Virus record (IMG/VR): IMGVR_UViG_3300042348_000780
From: a virus
Length of the DNA: 64,000 nt
Direction: 5' to 3' (one strand)
Numbering within the stretch: the stretch's first letter is position 1; each line of letters begins with the position of its first letter. Shown here piece after piece: positions 39,861 to 48,015 of this stretch. The notes beneath the pieces were generated by a model, which made no database searches, was not told the origin of the DNA, and saw only the letters and a program-made list of their open reading frames with translations. The translations under genes and the position numbers were made by a program.

Positions 39861-41341
39861 GCTTTTATACAAATGTTTATTATACAGGATCTTCGATTCT
39901 GTTACGTCAAATCACAGATAAAAAAACAGAAAAGGCGAGAGTAAACTTCTCGCCATCTCTATTTTTGATTTCATCAAAAAATAGTAATTTTAAGACTGTA
40001 GACGGAAGATATGCAGATGAAATTACTTTTACAAATGTTCATGAAATGAACGATTTTAAGAAAACATATGAAAATGTTGATAATTTTGAAATTCATGGAG
40101 ATATTGACGCAAAGTATCAATATATTTCAAAGGAATTTGGAACTGAGTGTGATTATAATTTCAATGATATCGGTGTGATGTATATCGATATGGAAACGAC
40201 ATGTGAAAATGGATTTCCATCTATTGAAAATCCAGAAGAAAAAATTATAGCAATCACGTGTAGTTTTAAGGGAAAGACATATGTTTATTGTCTTGGTGAT
40301 TTTACTAGAGATGATGCAAATATTATCATCAATGAATATCACGATGAACAACAACTGTTGAGAGAATTTATTCATTTCATGCAAGATAAGCAACCAGAAA
40401 TCATAACTGGATGGAATGTTAGATTTTTCGATATTCCATATCTTGTAAATAGATGCAAAAAAATTCTTGATGAAAAAGAAGTCAAGAATCTTTCTCCATG
40501 GGGAATAATTAAAGATAGCATAGTCAACAGTCGTGGCGAAGATAAGGTCGTCTATGATATTGTTGGAATTTCTATTCTGGATTACTATGAACTTTATCGA
40601 ACATTCACTTATGTAAATCAAGAATCATATAAACTTGATCATATTGCTTATGTTGAATTGGGTGAACGAAAGATTTCATATTCTGAATATGAAAATATGA
40701 GTGACTTTTATAAGAAGAATTTTCAGAAGTTTATTGAGTATAATATCAAAGACGTTGAACTTGTTGAACGTCTTGAAGAAAAGCTTCGTCTTATTGAACT
40801 AGCTGTTGCATTGGCATATTCTGCTGGTGTAAATTATAATGATGTATTTTCTCAAGTCAGAACATGGGATGTTATCATTTATAATTATCTCAAGAAGAAC
40901 GGCATCATTATTCCACCAAAAAAGAATAATGTAAAAGATGAACAATATGCAGGAGCATATGTAAAAGAGCCATTGGTAGGAATGCACGATTGGGTAGTCT
41001 CATATGACGTTAATTCCCTATATCCTTCTCTAATAATTCATTTTAATATTTCTCCAGAAACTTTACAAAACAAGAATTTCAAAGGAAAAATTAATATTCA
41101 AGATATCTTGAATAAGAACAAAAATTCAGAAACATTCAAATGCTTTGATGAGGCAAAGAAAGTAAATTGTTCTATTGCGGCAAATGGAACACTTTATACA
41201 AATAAAAAACGTGGGTTTCTTCCAGAACTCATGGATAAGATGTATAAAGAACGCAAACAATTCAAAGATAAGATGATTGAAGCCAAGAAAGATCTAGAAG
41301 CAATTAATAACGAATTGAAGAAAAGGGGCTTGCAAGTCTAA
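39857..41341 (+). CDS. gp43: DNA polymerase gp43, N-terminal subunit (exonuclease, motif A, first finger helix)
   Basis: IDMET, GWNVRFFDIPY, YNIKDV, SYDVNSLYPS; ends before motif B. Confidence 0.93.
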   Translation: MSFYTNVYYTGSSILLRQITDKKTEKARVNFSPSLFLISSKNSNFKTVDGRYADEITFTNVHEMNDFKKTYENVDNFEIHGDIDAKYQYISKEFGTECDYNFNDIGVMYIDMETTCENGFPSIENPEEKIIAITCSFKGKTYVYCLGDFTRDDANIIINEYHDEQQLLREFIHFMQDKQPEIITGWNVRFFDIPYLVNRCKKILDEKEVKNLSPWGIIKDSIVNSRGEDKVVYDIVGISILDYYELYRTFTYVNQESYKLDHIAYVELGERKISYSEYENMSDFYKKNFQKFIEYNIKDVELVERLEEKLRLIELAVALAYSAGVNYNDVFSQVRTWDVIIYNYLKKNGIIIPPKKNNVKDEQYAGAYVKEPLVGMHDWVVSYDVNSLYPSLIIHFNISPETLQNKNFKGKINIQDILNKNKNSETFKCFDEAKKVNCSIAANGTLYTNKKRGFLPELMDKMYKERKQFKDKMIEAKKDLEAINNELKKRGLQV

Positions 41342-41357
41342 ATAATCAGGATATAAT
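41330..41357 (+). promoter_or_regulatory. sigma70-type promoter overlapping the gp43A stop
   Basis: TTGCAA-16-TATAAT; ATG at 41364. Confidence 0.6.
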
Positions 41358-41363
41358 ACTCAC

Positions 41364-41900
41364 ATGAACGTGATTGATTACTATAAGAATTGGGAAGTAA
41401 ACGCGATCATTGGTGATCTTGATACAAAGCGAAAGAACTTTACTGTACTTTGCAGCAATGTTGAGAATGATTTTAATATTGCAACAGCGATTCGTAATTC
41501 AAATGCATTTTTGGCAAATGAGGTATGGATCTATGGAAAGAAGCAATATGATCGTCGTGGTACTGTAGGTACTCATAACTATACTCACTTCAAGCATGTT
41601 AAGACTATTTGTGATGTAATTGAAGAAGTTAAGGCTCTTGAGAAGCGAGTAGGAAGTGTTAGGATTATTGGTATCGATAATGTTCAGAATGCCATGCCAA
41701 TCAATCATTATGCATGGCCAAAGCATGAACACATTCTCATGATTTTTGGCCAGGAAAAGGATGGAATTCCAAAACTTCTGCTTGACATGTGTGACGATAT
41801 CCTGTATATTAAGCAGTATGGAAGTGTGAGAAGTTTGAATGTAGGAACAGCAAGTGGTATTGCAATGTATTCTTATTGTGAATACCTTGAGCGAGATTGA
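41364..41900 (+). CDS. SPOUT (SpoU/TrmH/TrmL family) RNA 2'-O-methyltransferase
   Basis: NDFNIATAIR..NAF, FGQEKDG, YGSVRSLNVGTASGIAMY. Confidence 0.88.
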   Translation: MNVIDYYKNWEVNAIIGDLDTKRKNFTVLCSNVENDFNIATAIRNSNAFLANEVWIYGKKQYDRRGTVGTHNYTHFKHVKTICDVIEEVKALEKRVGSVRIIGIDNVQNAMPINHYAWPKHEHILMIFGQEKDGIPKLLLDMCDDILYIKQYGSVRSLNVGTASGIAMYSYCEYLERD

Positions 41901-41908
41901 GATAATTG

Positions 41909-41992
41909 GGGATTGTGGCGGAATTGGTATACGCAACAGACTTAAAATCTGTCGGTCAATAGACCTTGTGGGTTCGAGTCCCACTAATCCCA
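41909..41992 (+). tRNA. tRNA-Leu (anticodon TAA)
   Basis: Acceptor GGGATTG/TAATCCC, ACAGA-CTTAAAA-TCTGT, long variable arm, GTGGG-TTCGAGT-CCCAC; CCA not encoded. Confidence 0.93.
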
Positions 41993-42006
41993 TTAGAAAG
42001 TGAAAA

Positions 42007-42759
42007 ATGAAGCAAACACTTTTTATATCAGACCTTCACATAGCATCTAACAAATGTAAAGCAAAACTCTTATCTGAATTTATTAAAAAGGATGAGAGTT
42101 CTTGTCTTTATTTGGTGGGTGATATCATTGATATTTGGCGTTTCAATCAGGCATTCAAGATGGATATTGAAACTCAGACCCATCATGTAGATTGTATTCG
42201 TCGCTTACTCAAGAAATCAAAACACGGAGAAGTCCATTATATTTGGGGAAACCACGATGAGTTTATGCATCGTTTTTCTGAGTCAAAATCTTTCGGTGGA
42301 GTTCATCTGCACGAAAGATGTGACTATACAGCATCTGATGGAAGAAGATACCTAGTTCTTCACGGTCATCAGTTTGACTTGGTATGTAAATACAAAATCG
42401 GAACATTCTTATCTAAGATCGGTGATTTTGGATATGAATGGTTAATTGACATCAATGAATGGTATAACTGGGTACGTAAAAAGATGGGTCTTCAATATTC
42501 TTCACTTTCCAAGTATGTGAAGGTGAAGTTTAAGAAGGCAACAATGTTCATTGGAAACTTTGAAAAGCATCTTTCAGAATACGCAGAGAAGCATGGATAT
42601 GATGGAGTAATTTGCGGTCATATTCACGAACCAGCCGATAAGATGATCGGTAAGATTCATTATCTCAACTGCGGTTGTTGGACTGATGAAGCAAATCTCA
42701 ACTATCTGATTGACAAAGGTGATGGAAGTGGTATAATTCTATGCAGACACGAAAAATGA
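42007..42759 (+). CDS. Metallophosphoesterase, LpxH (UDP-2,3-diacylglucosamine diphosphatase)-like
   Basis: ISDLH, VGDIID, GNHD, HGHQFD, CGHIH, NCG.W. Confidence 0.85.
   Translation: MKQTLFISDLHIASNKCKAKLLSEFIKKDESSCLYLVGDIIDIWRFNQAFKMDIETQTHHVDCIRRLLKKSKHGEVHYIWGNHDEFMHRFSESKSFGGVHLHERCDYTASDGRRYLVLHGHQFDLVCKYKIGTFLSKIGDFGYEWLIDINEWYNWVRKKMGLQYSSLSKYVKVKFKKATMFIGNFEKHLSEYAEKHGYDGVICGHIHEPADKMIGKIHYLNCGCWTDEANLNYLIDKGDGSGIILCRHEK
42710..42737 (+). promoter_or_regulatory. sigma70-type promoter inside the 3' end of the phosphoesterase gene
   Basis: TTGACA-16-TATAAT with TG. Confidence 0.6.
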
Positions 42760-42893
42760 AATACTTTTTTGAAGACTATGTTCTTTATCCTCTAGTATAC
42801 ATTGGATTGTGTATTGGAGCATTAGCAGCAAGTTTATGTTTTTTACTGTGGGATACTTTAGTTTTTGTATTTAGTCTTGGAAAAAAGAAATGA
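42756..42893 (+). CDS. Small membrane protein (45 aa)
   Basis: Hydrophobic ORF with ATGA overlaps at both ends; absent from the ORF track. Confidence 0.55.
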   Translation: MKYFFEDYVLYPLVYIGLCIGALAASLCFLLWDTLVFVFSLGKKK

Positions 42894-43069
42894 AAAAAGA
42901 AGAACTCATTGAAAACATTGAAATCCTCGCAGATAAATGTGAGGAGTTGATTAAGGAACGTGATCAAGCAAGACGACTTGTTTGTAAATATACAAAGAAA
43001 ACTTATCACACGCTCAAGGAAACCGCAGAACTACGAGGATGGGACTGCTACAAGGAGAACACACAATGA
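42890..43069 (+). CDS. Small hypothetical protein (59 aa; ERDQARR...RGWDCY)
   Basis: ATGA-coupled to both neighbours. Confidence 0.6.
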   Translation: MKKEELIENIEILADKCEELIKERDQARRLVCKYTKKTYHTLKETAELRGWDCYKENTQ

Positions 43070-43692
43070 AGACACTAATCGCAACAGCATTTATCGCAAC
43101 GGCAGCACACGGAACTGGGACTCTCTGCACCTTTGAGAATCTTCCTGCTCCAACAACTCCTAGTATGAGTTCCGCTACCACGGGATTCTATTGGGATTAC
43201 CTCTCCTCATACGAGGGATTCCACTTCACAAGTTCATCTTCCCAAGGCAACTTCCAATGGGCATACTACGATCTCGTTGGTGGTGGGGGATACGCAGGAT
43301 ACGATGAGGGAATCATCGGGGATCGTGCTTTGTTCACCCCGTGGGGTTCTGAGCAGAACAAGAACTACCGCATTCGTCGTGATGATCTTTGGATTCTCAA
43401 CAGCATTGAAGTCACATCGGTTTGGAATTCGACCGCAGTAGTTATAGAGGGATACCGATACGGGGAGGGTGTGTTTACCTATACTACACAACTCACAGCA
43501 GCACAGCGGGTAAAACTAAACATCTCCTCTGGATATCCTGGTCCGCTTAACAACATCACAGAGATCAAAATCTACACCAACACATTTAGTTCCCATCTCG
43601 CTATCGATAATCTCAACTACACGGTGGTTCCTGCACCATCGGCACTTGCCCTGCTTGCGATTGCTGGTGCGGTTGGAAGGCGGCGACGATGA
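43066..43692 (+). CDS. Secreted protein with a PEP-CTERM-like (VPAP) sorting signal
   Basis: Signal peptide MKTLIATAFIATAAHG; C-terminus VVPAPSALALLAIAGAVGRRRR. Confidence 0.85.
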   Translation: MKTLIATAFIATAAHGTGTLCTFENLPAPTTPSMSSATTGFYWDYLSSYEGFHFTSSSSQGNFQWAYYDLVGGGGYAGYDEGIIGDRALFTPWGSEQNKNYRIRRDDLWILNSIEVTSVWNSTAVVIEGYRYGEGVFTYTTQLTAAQRVKLNISSGYPGPLNNITEIKIYTNTFSSHLAIDNLNYTVVPAPSALALLAIAGAVGRRRR

Positions 43693-43862
43693 AAGATATT
43701 GCCTATGAACTTCGCGTTCTGACCAAAAGGCAAGATCTTCCACCCGATGTAATTCGTACAATTTCAGAGGCATATGCTGAGATTGTGGAACTTCGTAGTC
43801 AAGTAAGCAAATACGCTCTGGAAGCGATCACTCGCTTCGATGAAGAGAATGGACTATTATAA
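43689..43862 (+). CDS. Small hypothetical protein (57 aa)
   Basis: ATGA overlap; MKDIAYELR...FDEENGLL*. Confidence 0.55.
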   Translation: MKDIAYELRVLTKRQDLPPDVIRTISEAYAEIVELRSQVSKYALEAITRFDEENGLL

Positions 43863-43865
43863 ATA
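43858..43865 (+). promoter_or_regulatory. T4-type late promoter TATAAATA
   Basis: Exact consensus. Confidence 0.5.
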
Positions 43866-43883
43866 ATCATAGATGTTTAATCT

Positions 43884-44129
43884 ATGAAAAAAGATCTAAA
43901 GCAAGCAAAAAAGAATTGCGAATATATTGCAAAGATCAAAACAGAACGAGGCTGTTCTAAATGTGGTTATAATTTACACCCAGCCGCGTTAGAATTCCAT
44001 CATCTACAAGACAAAAAGCATAATATCTCCCGTATAGCACGTTCAGGAGTACCAGCAAATATTCTTGAAGAAGAAATTAAAAAATGCGTGGTTGTCTGTG
44101 CTAATTGTCATAGAATAGAACATTCATGA
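43884..44129 (+). CDS. Small HNH-type zinc-binding nuclease-domain protein
   Basis: CSKCG...LEFHH...KC.VVCANCHRIEH. Confidence 0.75.
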   Translation: MKKDLKQAKKNCEYIAKIKTERGCSKCGYNLHPAALEFHHLQDKKHNISRIARSGVPANILEEEIKKCVVVCANCHRIEHS

Positions 44130-44137
44130 GGTATCAT

Positions 44138-44410
44138 ATGGCAGACATTACAGATTACGAAAATACAAATCCTGAAAATATAAATGAGGCTTTTGAAAAT
44201 CTTTCTGGTGATGTAAATTATATGCTGCATAAAATGAAAGAATTCAATAAAGAAGTTGTTGAATTGCTTGGTGACATGAAAGAATTAAAAGATTTTGTAG
44301 ATGTTGACATGAAGAATATTGATAAGTATAATATTGCTCGTAAGGCTTACATTGATCTTTATTATAAGTTTGATGATCTTCGTAACTATTACGACAATAG
44401 TAGAAATTAA
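44138..44410 (+). CDS. Hypothetical protein
   Basis: GAGG RBS; helical acidic ORF. Confidence 0.5.
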   Translation: MADITDYENTNPENINEAFENLSGDVNYMLHKMKEFNKEVVELLGDMKELKDFVDVDMKNIDKYNIARKAYIDLYYKFDDLRNYYDNSRN

Positions 44411-44411
44411 G

Positions 44412-44493
44412 GGATGATTACCCAAGCAGCAACGGGGGGAGACTGTAAATCTCCTGTCTTTAGACTTCGTAGGTGCAAGTCCTTCATCATCCA
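44412..44493 (+). tRNA. tRNA-Tyr (anticodon GTA) with non-canonical D and T loops
   Basis: Acceptor GGATGAT/ATCATCC, GGAGA-CTGTAAA-TCTCC, long variable arm, T-loop TGCAAGT. Confidence 0.85.
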
Positions 44494-44508
44494 CTGATAT
44501 TAGAATCG

Positions 44509-44572
44509 TACTCTATGATATAATGGGATTATCTCCGATTGGAGTATGTGGGTTCGAATCCCACTAGAGTAT
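44509..44572 (+). ncRNA. tRNA-like RNA with a truncated anticodon arm
   Basis: Perfect acceptor TACTCTA/TAGAGTA, D arm GATA..TATC and T arm GTGGG-TTCGAAT-CCCAC, but only CTCC-GATT-GGAG where the anticodon arm should be. Confidence 0.7.
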
Positions 44573-44576
44573 TTAA

Positions 44577-44789
44577 ATGAAGAGAACTAAATCAACTACA
44601 TTGAAGATCGGTGATCAGGTTTATCTCAATGATGAAGATGATTCTGGTCTATACGAGATCACACGAATAAATATTGAGCATGATGATTGCTGGTTGTTTG
44701 GTAGAGATATCGGTGAAGATAAACGTGATATCGAACAACAATTACCATTATCGTGGGTAGAAAGAATGTATAAAGATCAAAATCCATGA
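44577..44789 (+). CDS. Small SH3/KOW-like hypothetical protein
   Basis: LKIGDQVYL motif. Confidence 0.5.
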   Translation: MKRTKSTTLKIGDQVYLNDEDDSGLYEITRINIEHDDCWLFGRDIGEDKRDIEQQLPLSWVERMYKDQNP

Positions 44790-44965
44790 AAGATTCAAGA
44801 ATTCATTCGGCGGGAAAAGGCGATTCACGAAGACCAGTAGATTATAAAAAATGGTCAGAGAACTGGGATCGTATATTTGGGAAAAAGAAAAAGAAAAAGG
44901 TAAAGAAAAATGATGAGACTAAACACTCTATTGATTGGGATTCCGTAACAAATGGAGCCGATTGA
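44786..44965 (+). CDS. Small basic phage protein (GKGD.RRPVD...NWDRIF)
   Basis: ATGA overlap; 59 aa; absent from the ORF track. Confidence 0.6.
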   Translation: MKDSRIHSAGKGDSRRPVDYKKWSENWDRIFGKKKKKKVKKNDETKHSIDWDSVTNGAD

Positions 44966-45377
44966 TTTTGATGATGCCAAGAATAGAGTTTTTGACAAAT
45001 ATGGAAAATGTATGGAACTATTAGCACAACAAGAGCGTCTTGAGAAGCAATATAAGAATATTAAAATTCCATATCTTGAATTAAATGGAATTGGTTGGAT
45101 TCCTATTATTGAAACTCTTCTACATGAAGCAGACGTATGGAATGAGAAGTGCAATATTGAAGATAAAATCGTGATTGACCAGATCAAAGAAAAATATGGA
45201 TCACTCAGATTCTATTTTCATGGTGGCAGTACAATGTTTCGTGGAATGGTAAGATTTGCGGAACAGATCAGTAAAAATACTTGTGAAGCTTGTGGATGTG
45301 TCAGTAAAAATCAATTTGATTGTACACGATGTAATATTAATTCTGTGAATGGTTGGGGTAAGGGAAAAGATGAATAA
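44952..45377 (+). CDS. Conserved phage hypothetical protein (QIKEKYGSLRFY family)
   Basis: GW..II, QIKEKYG.LRFY, TCE.CG. Confidence 0.7.
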   Translation: MEPIDFDDAKNRVFDKYGKCMELLAQQERLEKQYKNIKIPYLELNGIGWIPIIETLLHEADVWNEKCNIEDKIVIDQIKEKYGSLRFYFHGGSTMFRGMVRFAEQISKNTCEACGCVSKNQFDCTRCNINSVNGWGKGKDE

Positions 45378-45428
45378 ATAAGAATGTTAATTTTGATCTA
45401 ATGACGACCTACCAGCAATGGTGGGTGG

Positions 45429-45839
45429 TTAGTATATTTGTGATCTGATTATATTATTTCTTTCATTTGCTTTTCTTATAATAGGATGGTTGGGATCTAC
45501 TCTTCCTGTAAGATGATTTAAATGATTATCAATTATTTTTGTAGACATATCATGTAATGATCTTTTTAATTCCTCATCTGAAGAATTTATAGATGCATCG
45601 TGAAGAAGATATGCTGCTTTAGCTAAATGTGTATCAGTATTACGAAGTTTATTTTTATGTGTATCCCAAAATAACATACTAGATTCTGATTCTGGATCAC
45701 CATCACCATGGGGTCCAATTGCCATAGAATTCAACCTTATACCATGAGATTTAATCATATTATGAATATTTTCTACTTCATTTTCTTCATATAATGATCT
45801 GTATATTTGTTTTTTCAAACGATTTTTAAATGATTCCAT
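45429..45839 (-). CDS. Hypothetical protein, possible internal head protein
   Basis: N-terminal MESFKNRLKKQIYRSLYEE propeptide-like segment. Confidence 0.55.
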   Translation of the reverse strand: MESFKNRLKKQIYRSLYEENEVENIHNMIKSHGIRLNSMAIGPHGDGDPESESSMLFWDTHKNKLRNTDTHLAKAAYLLHDASINSSDEELKRSLHDMSTKIIDNHLNHLTGRVDPNHPIIRKANERNNIIRSQIY

Positions 45840-45851
45840 ATTATTATATAT

Positions 45852-45859
45852 TATAAATA
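45852..45859 (+). promoter_or_regulatory. T4-type late promoter TATAAATA
   Basis: Exact consensus; ATG at 45865. Confidence 0.65.
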
Positions 45860-45864
45860 TTAGT

Positions 45865-46884
45865 ATGAATTGGATTCACTCTGTATCAAAATCGTATTTA
45901 ACAGAAGTCTTAAATATTAAGAAACCCAAAGTTTTATTTATTGGTAAGACCAGTATGATAAACGATATCTGGAAAATTAAACCAAACGATTTAGCACAAT
46001 TGAAACAACTTTCTGATATTGATGTCATAACATTAGATTCAATGACAGAGGAGAAATTGGCAGAGAAGTGTGAAGGATATGATTATTTGATGTTAAATAT
46101 GGATTTTCTTCCATTTCCCGATCCAAATAAGATGGATAAATTGACAGAGAAGTTCTACAACCATCCTGGTATCAAAAATCTCAAAGGTATCAATGTTGAT
46201 ATGACCGATGGTGATTTTTTTAGTCCACACTTAGCAAGACAAAAAGGAATATTTCTCCAGACTAGTCCAAATGCGGTGACACGAAGTGTTGCTGAATCTG
46301 CTTTGTGTGAAATTATGCTTCATGCCAAGCAAAGACATAATTCTTATGCGAATGATGAAAATTGCAATAAAACCCTGAATCTGCATGGAAAGATCGCAGG
46401 GATCATAGGCCAGGGTCATATAGGTTCGGCACTTGGAGAGATGTTGTCTGGAATAGGAATGAAAGTATTGTTCAATGATATAAAATCATCTCAGTCAGAG
46501 AATACTTCACTTGAAAAAATATTCAGTCAGGCTGATGTCATTAGCATTCATATTCCTGCTCTTTTACCAAGAACCACCAATAACAATATAGGATTTATTG
46601 ATTCTAAATTATTAAACCTATGTAAAGGTACAATATTAGTCAATCTTGCAACTGATATTATTGTGGATTCTGATTCAATAATATCGGCACTAAATACTGG
46701 AAAGATCGTTGGTTATTCGGTAGAACCTGGAAGAAAAGTTACAGAAAAACTAAGAAAATACAAGCAAGTTCATATTTCTCCATGCTCCTTTGATTCTGAT
46801 GAGTCTAGAGCAAATGTAAAGAGAATATGGATTCAAAATATGATAACAGCAATTCAAGGATATCCACAAAACATATGGAACTGA
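45865..46884 (+). CDS. D-2-hydroxyacid dehydrogenase-fold NAD-binding protein (catalytic residues apparently altered)
   Basis: SVAE, GKIAGIIGQGHIG, DVISIHIP, ILVN. Confidence 0.8.
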   Translation: MNWIHSVSKSYLTEVLNIKKPKVLFIGKTSMINDIWKIKPNDLAQLKQLSDIDVITLDSMTEEKLAEKCEGYDYLMLNMDFLPFPDPNKMDKLTEKFYNHPGIKNLKGINVDMTDGDFFSPHLARQKGIFLQTSPNAVTRSVAESALCEIMLHAKQRHNSYANDENCNKTLNLHGKIAGIIGQGHIGSALGEMLSGIGMKVLFNDIKSSQSENTSLEKIFSQADVISIHIPALLPRTTNNNIGFIDSKLLNLCKGTILVNLATDIIVDSDSIISALNTGKIVGYSVEPGRKVTEKLRKYKQVHISPCSFDSDESRANVKRIWIQNMITAIQGYPQNIWN

Positions 46885-46976
46885 TAATATTCACATTATT
46901 CTTTTTACCACTTGCTCTTAGTTTCTGGGTTGGAACTTTAGTTGGACGAATACTTGAATTAAAGAAAAAGATATGA
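46875..46976 (+). CDS. Tiny membrane protein (33 aa)
   Basis: MELIIFTLFFLPLALSFWVGTLVGRILELKKKI*; overlaps both neighbours. Confidence 0.45.
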   Translation: MELIIFTLFFLPLALSFWVGTLVGRILELKKKI

Positions 46977-47464
46977 AAACATTTAAGCAATTTATCAAAG
47001 AGCAAGAAGAACTGGAAGAAAATAAACTTGCAAAAACAATGCTAGGATTAGCAATAATCGGTGGGCTTCAAGCAGGAGCCATGAGACACGATCCTGTGCC
47101 AAATAGTTCACAAACATCAAAGACCGTTGAAAAATCTGGTGACGAAACAAGAACATCGGAACTGATAAGAACTGGTGCGATGAAAGCAGGAGAAAATGCA
47201 AGACACATACACCGCGGATTCTTCGATACAAAGGACAGAGAAGTGGTCGATACTCTTGTGCGTGATGTTCCCAGCACATCTAAGTTTAAAGTAACAAAAA
47301 CAGGACCAGATGGGACAGCAGTTGCTTCTAGAACAATGATCGGAAATAGAACAGTCAATAGAACTGGAAGTATTGACAATACGAATTTAAAGATTCCAAC
47401 CGATGATGTGACTGTTTCTGGCAAAAAGGATAGTTTCAAAAACATCGTTTGGAAAAAGAAATAA
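46973..47464 (+). CDS. Putative internal head protein with capsid-targeting sequence
   Basis: MKTFKQFIKE resembles the T4 internal-protein leader MKTYQEFIAE. Confidence 0.65.
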   Translation: MKTFKQFIKEQEELEENKLAKTMLGLAIIGGLQAGAMRHDPVPNSSQTSKTVEKSGDETRTSELIRTGAMKAGENARHIHRGFFDTKDREVVDTLVRDVPSTSKFKVTKTGPDGTAVASRTMIGNRTVNRTGSIDNTNLKIPTDDVTVSGKKDSFKNIVWKKK

Positions 47465-47602
47465 ATGAAATCACCCGATAGGTCTTGGGATTTAGATGAA
47501 TTCATAGGTCTTGTGGTCTTAGGGGGACCAACCGCAGTATATTGTTATTGGATTGGTCATGCAATATTTCAAATTATAAATATATTAGTAAACCTTATAT
47601 AA
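47465..47602 (+). CDS. Small membrane protein (45 aa)
   Basis: ATG directly after the upstream stop; hydrophobic. Confidence 0.4.
   Translation: MKSPDRSWDLDEFIGLVVLGGPTAVYCYWIGHAIFQIINILVNLI
47575..47582 (+). promoter_or_regulatory. T4-type late promoter TATAAATA
   Basis: Exact consensus upstream of the holin-like gene. Confidence 0.5.
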
Positions 47603-47638
47603 GATGTGTTAAGTATAACTGAATATAAGGAACCATAA

Positions 47639-47980
47639 ATGCAGGGACAAAGCAATAATACTGATAATTTTTTAGGAATTGGTATAGATCTTGGTCTTAT
47701 GATGGCAGGATTTTTTGGTGCGTTAATTTTAGCATTAACAGCAAAAAATCAGACTCCTGGAAGGGCAATAACTTCTATATTTGCTGGAGCATTATGCGCC
47801 AACTATTTGACACCAATTGCTCTTCATTTCATGCCAGAATCCATACAGAATAATGGTAAATACGGTGCTGCATTTATAATGGGATTTATTGGGTTGAAAA
47901 CATTAGAATTAGTCTATGATTTTGTATCCAAGAAATTAAAGACAAAAAATGGTAAGATAAATATTGACATTAGTATGTAA
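47639..47980 (+). CDS. Holin-like membrane protein (3 TM)
   Basis: AGFFGA, GALCANYLTP, AAFIMGFIG; basic C-terminal tail. Confidence 0.6.
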   Translation: MQGQSNNTDNFLGIGIDLGLMMAGFFGALILALTAKNQTPGRAITSIFAGALCANYLTPIALHFMPESIQNNGKYGAAFIMGFIGLKTLELVYDFVSKKLKTKNGKINIDISM

Positions 47981-48015
47981 TAATACTAAAATTTAAATTA
48001 TAAGGAATATTTAAT

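Noticed and set aside
41499-41993. 164-aa minus-strand ORF (MGLVGLEPT...)
   Set aside because: Antisense read-through of tRNA-Leu and the SPOUT gene, a classic tRNA shadow ORF. The same applies to 44285..44494.
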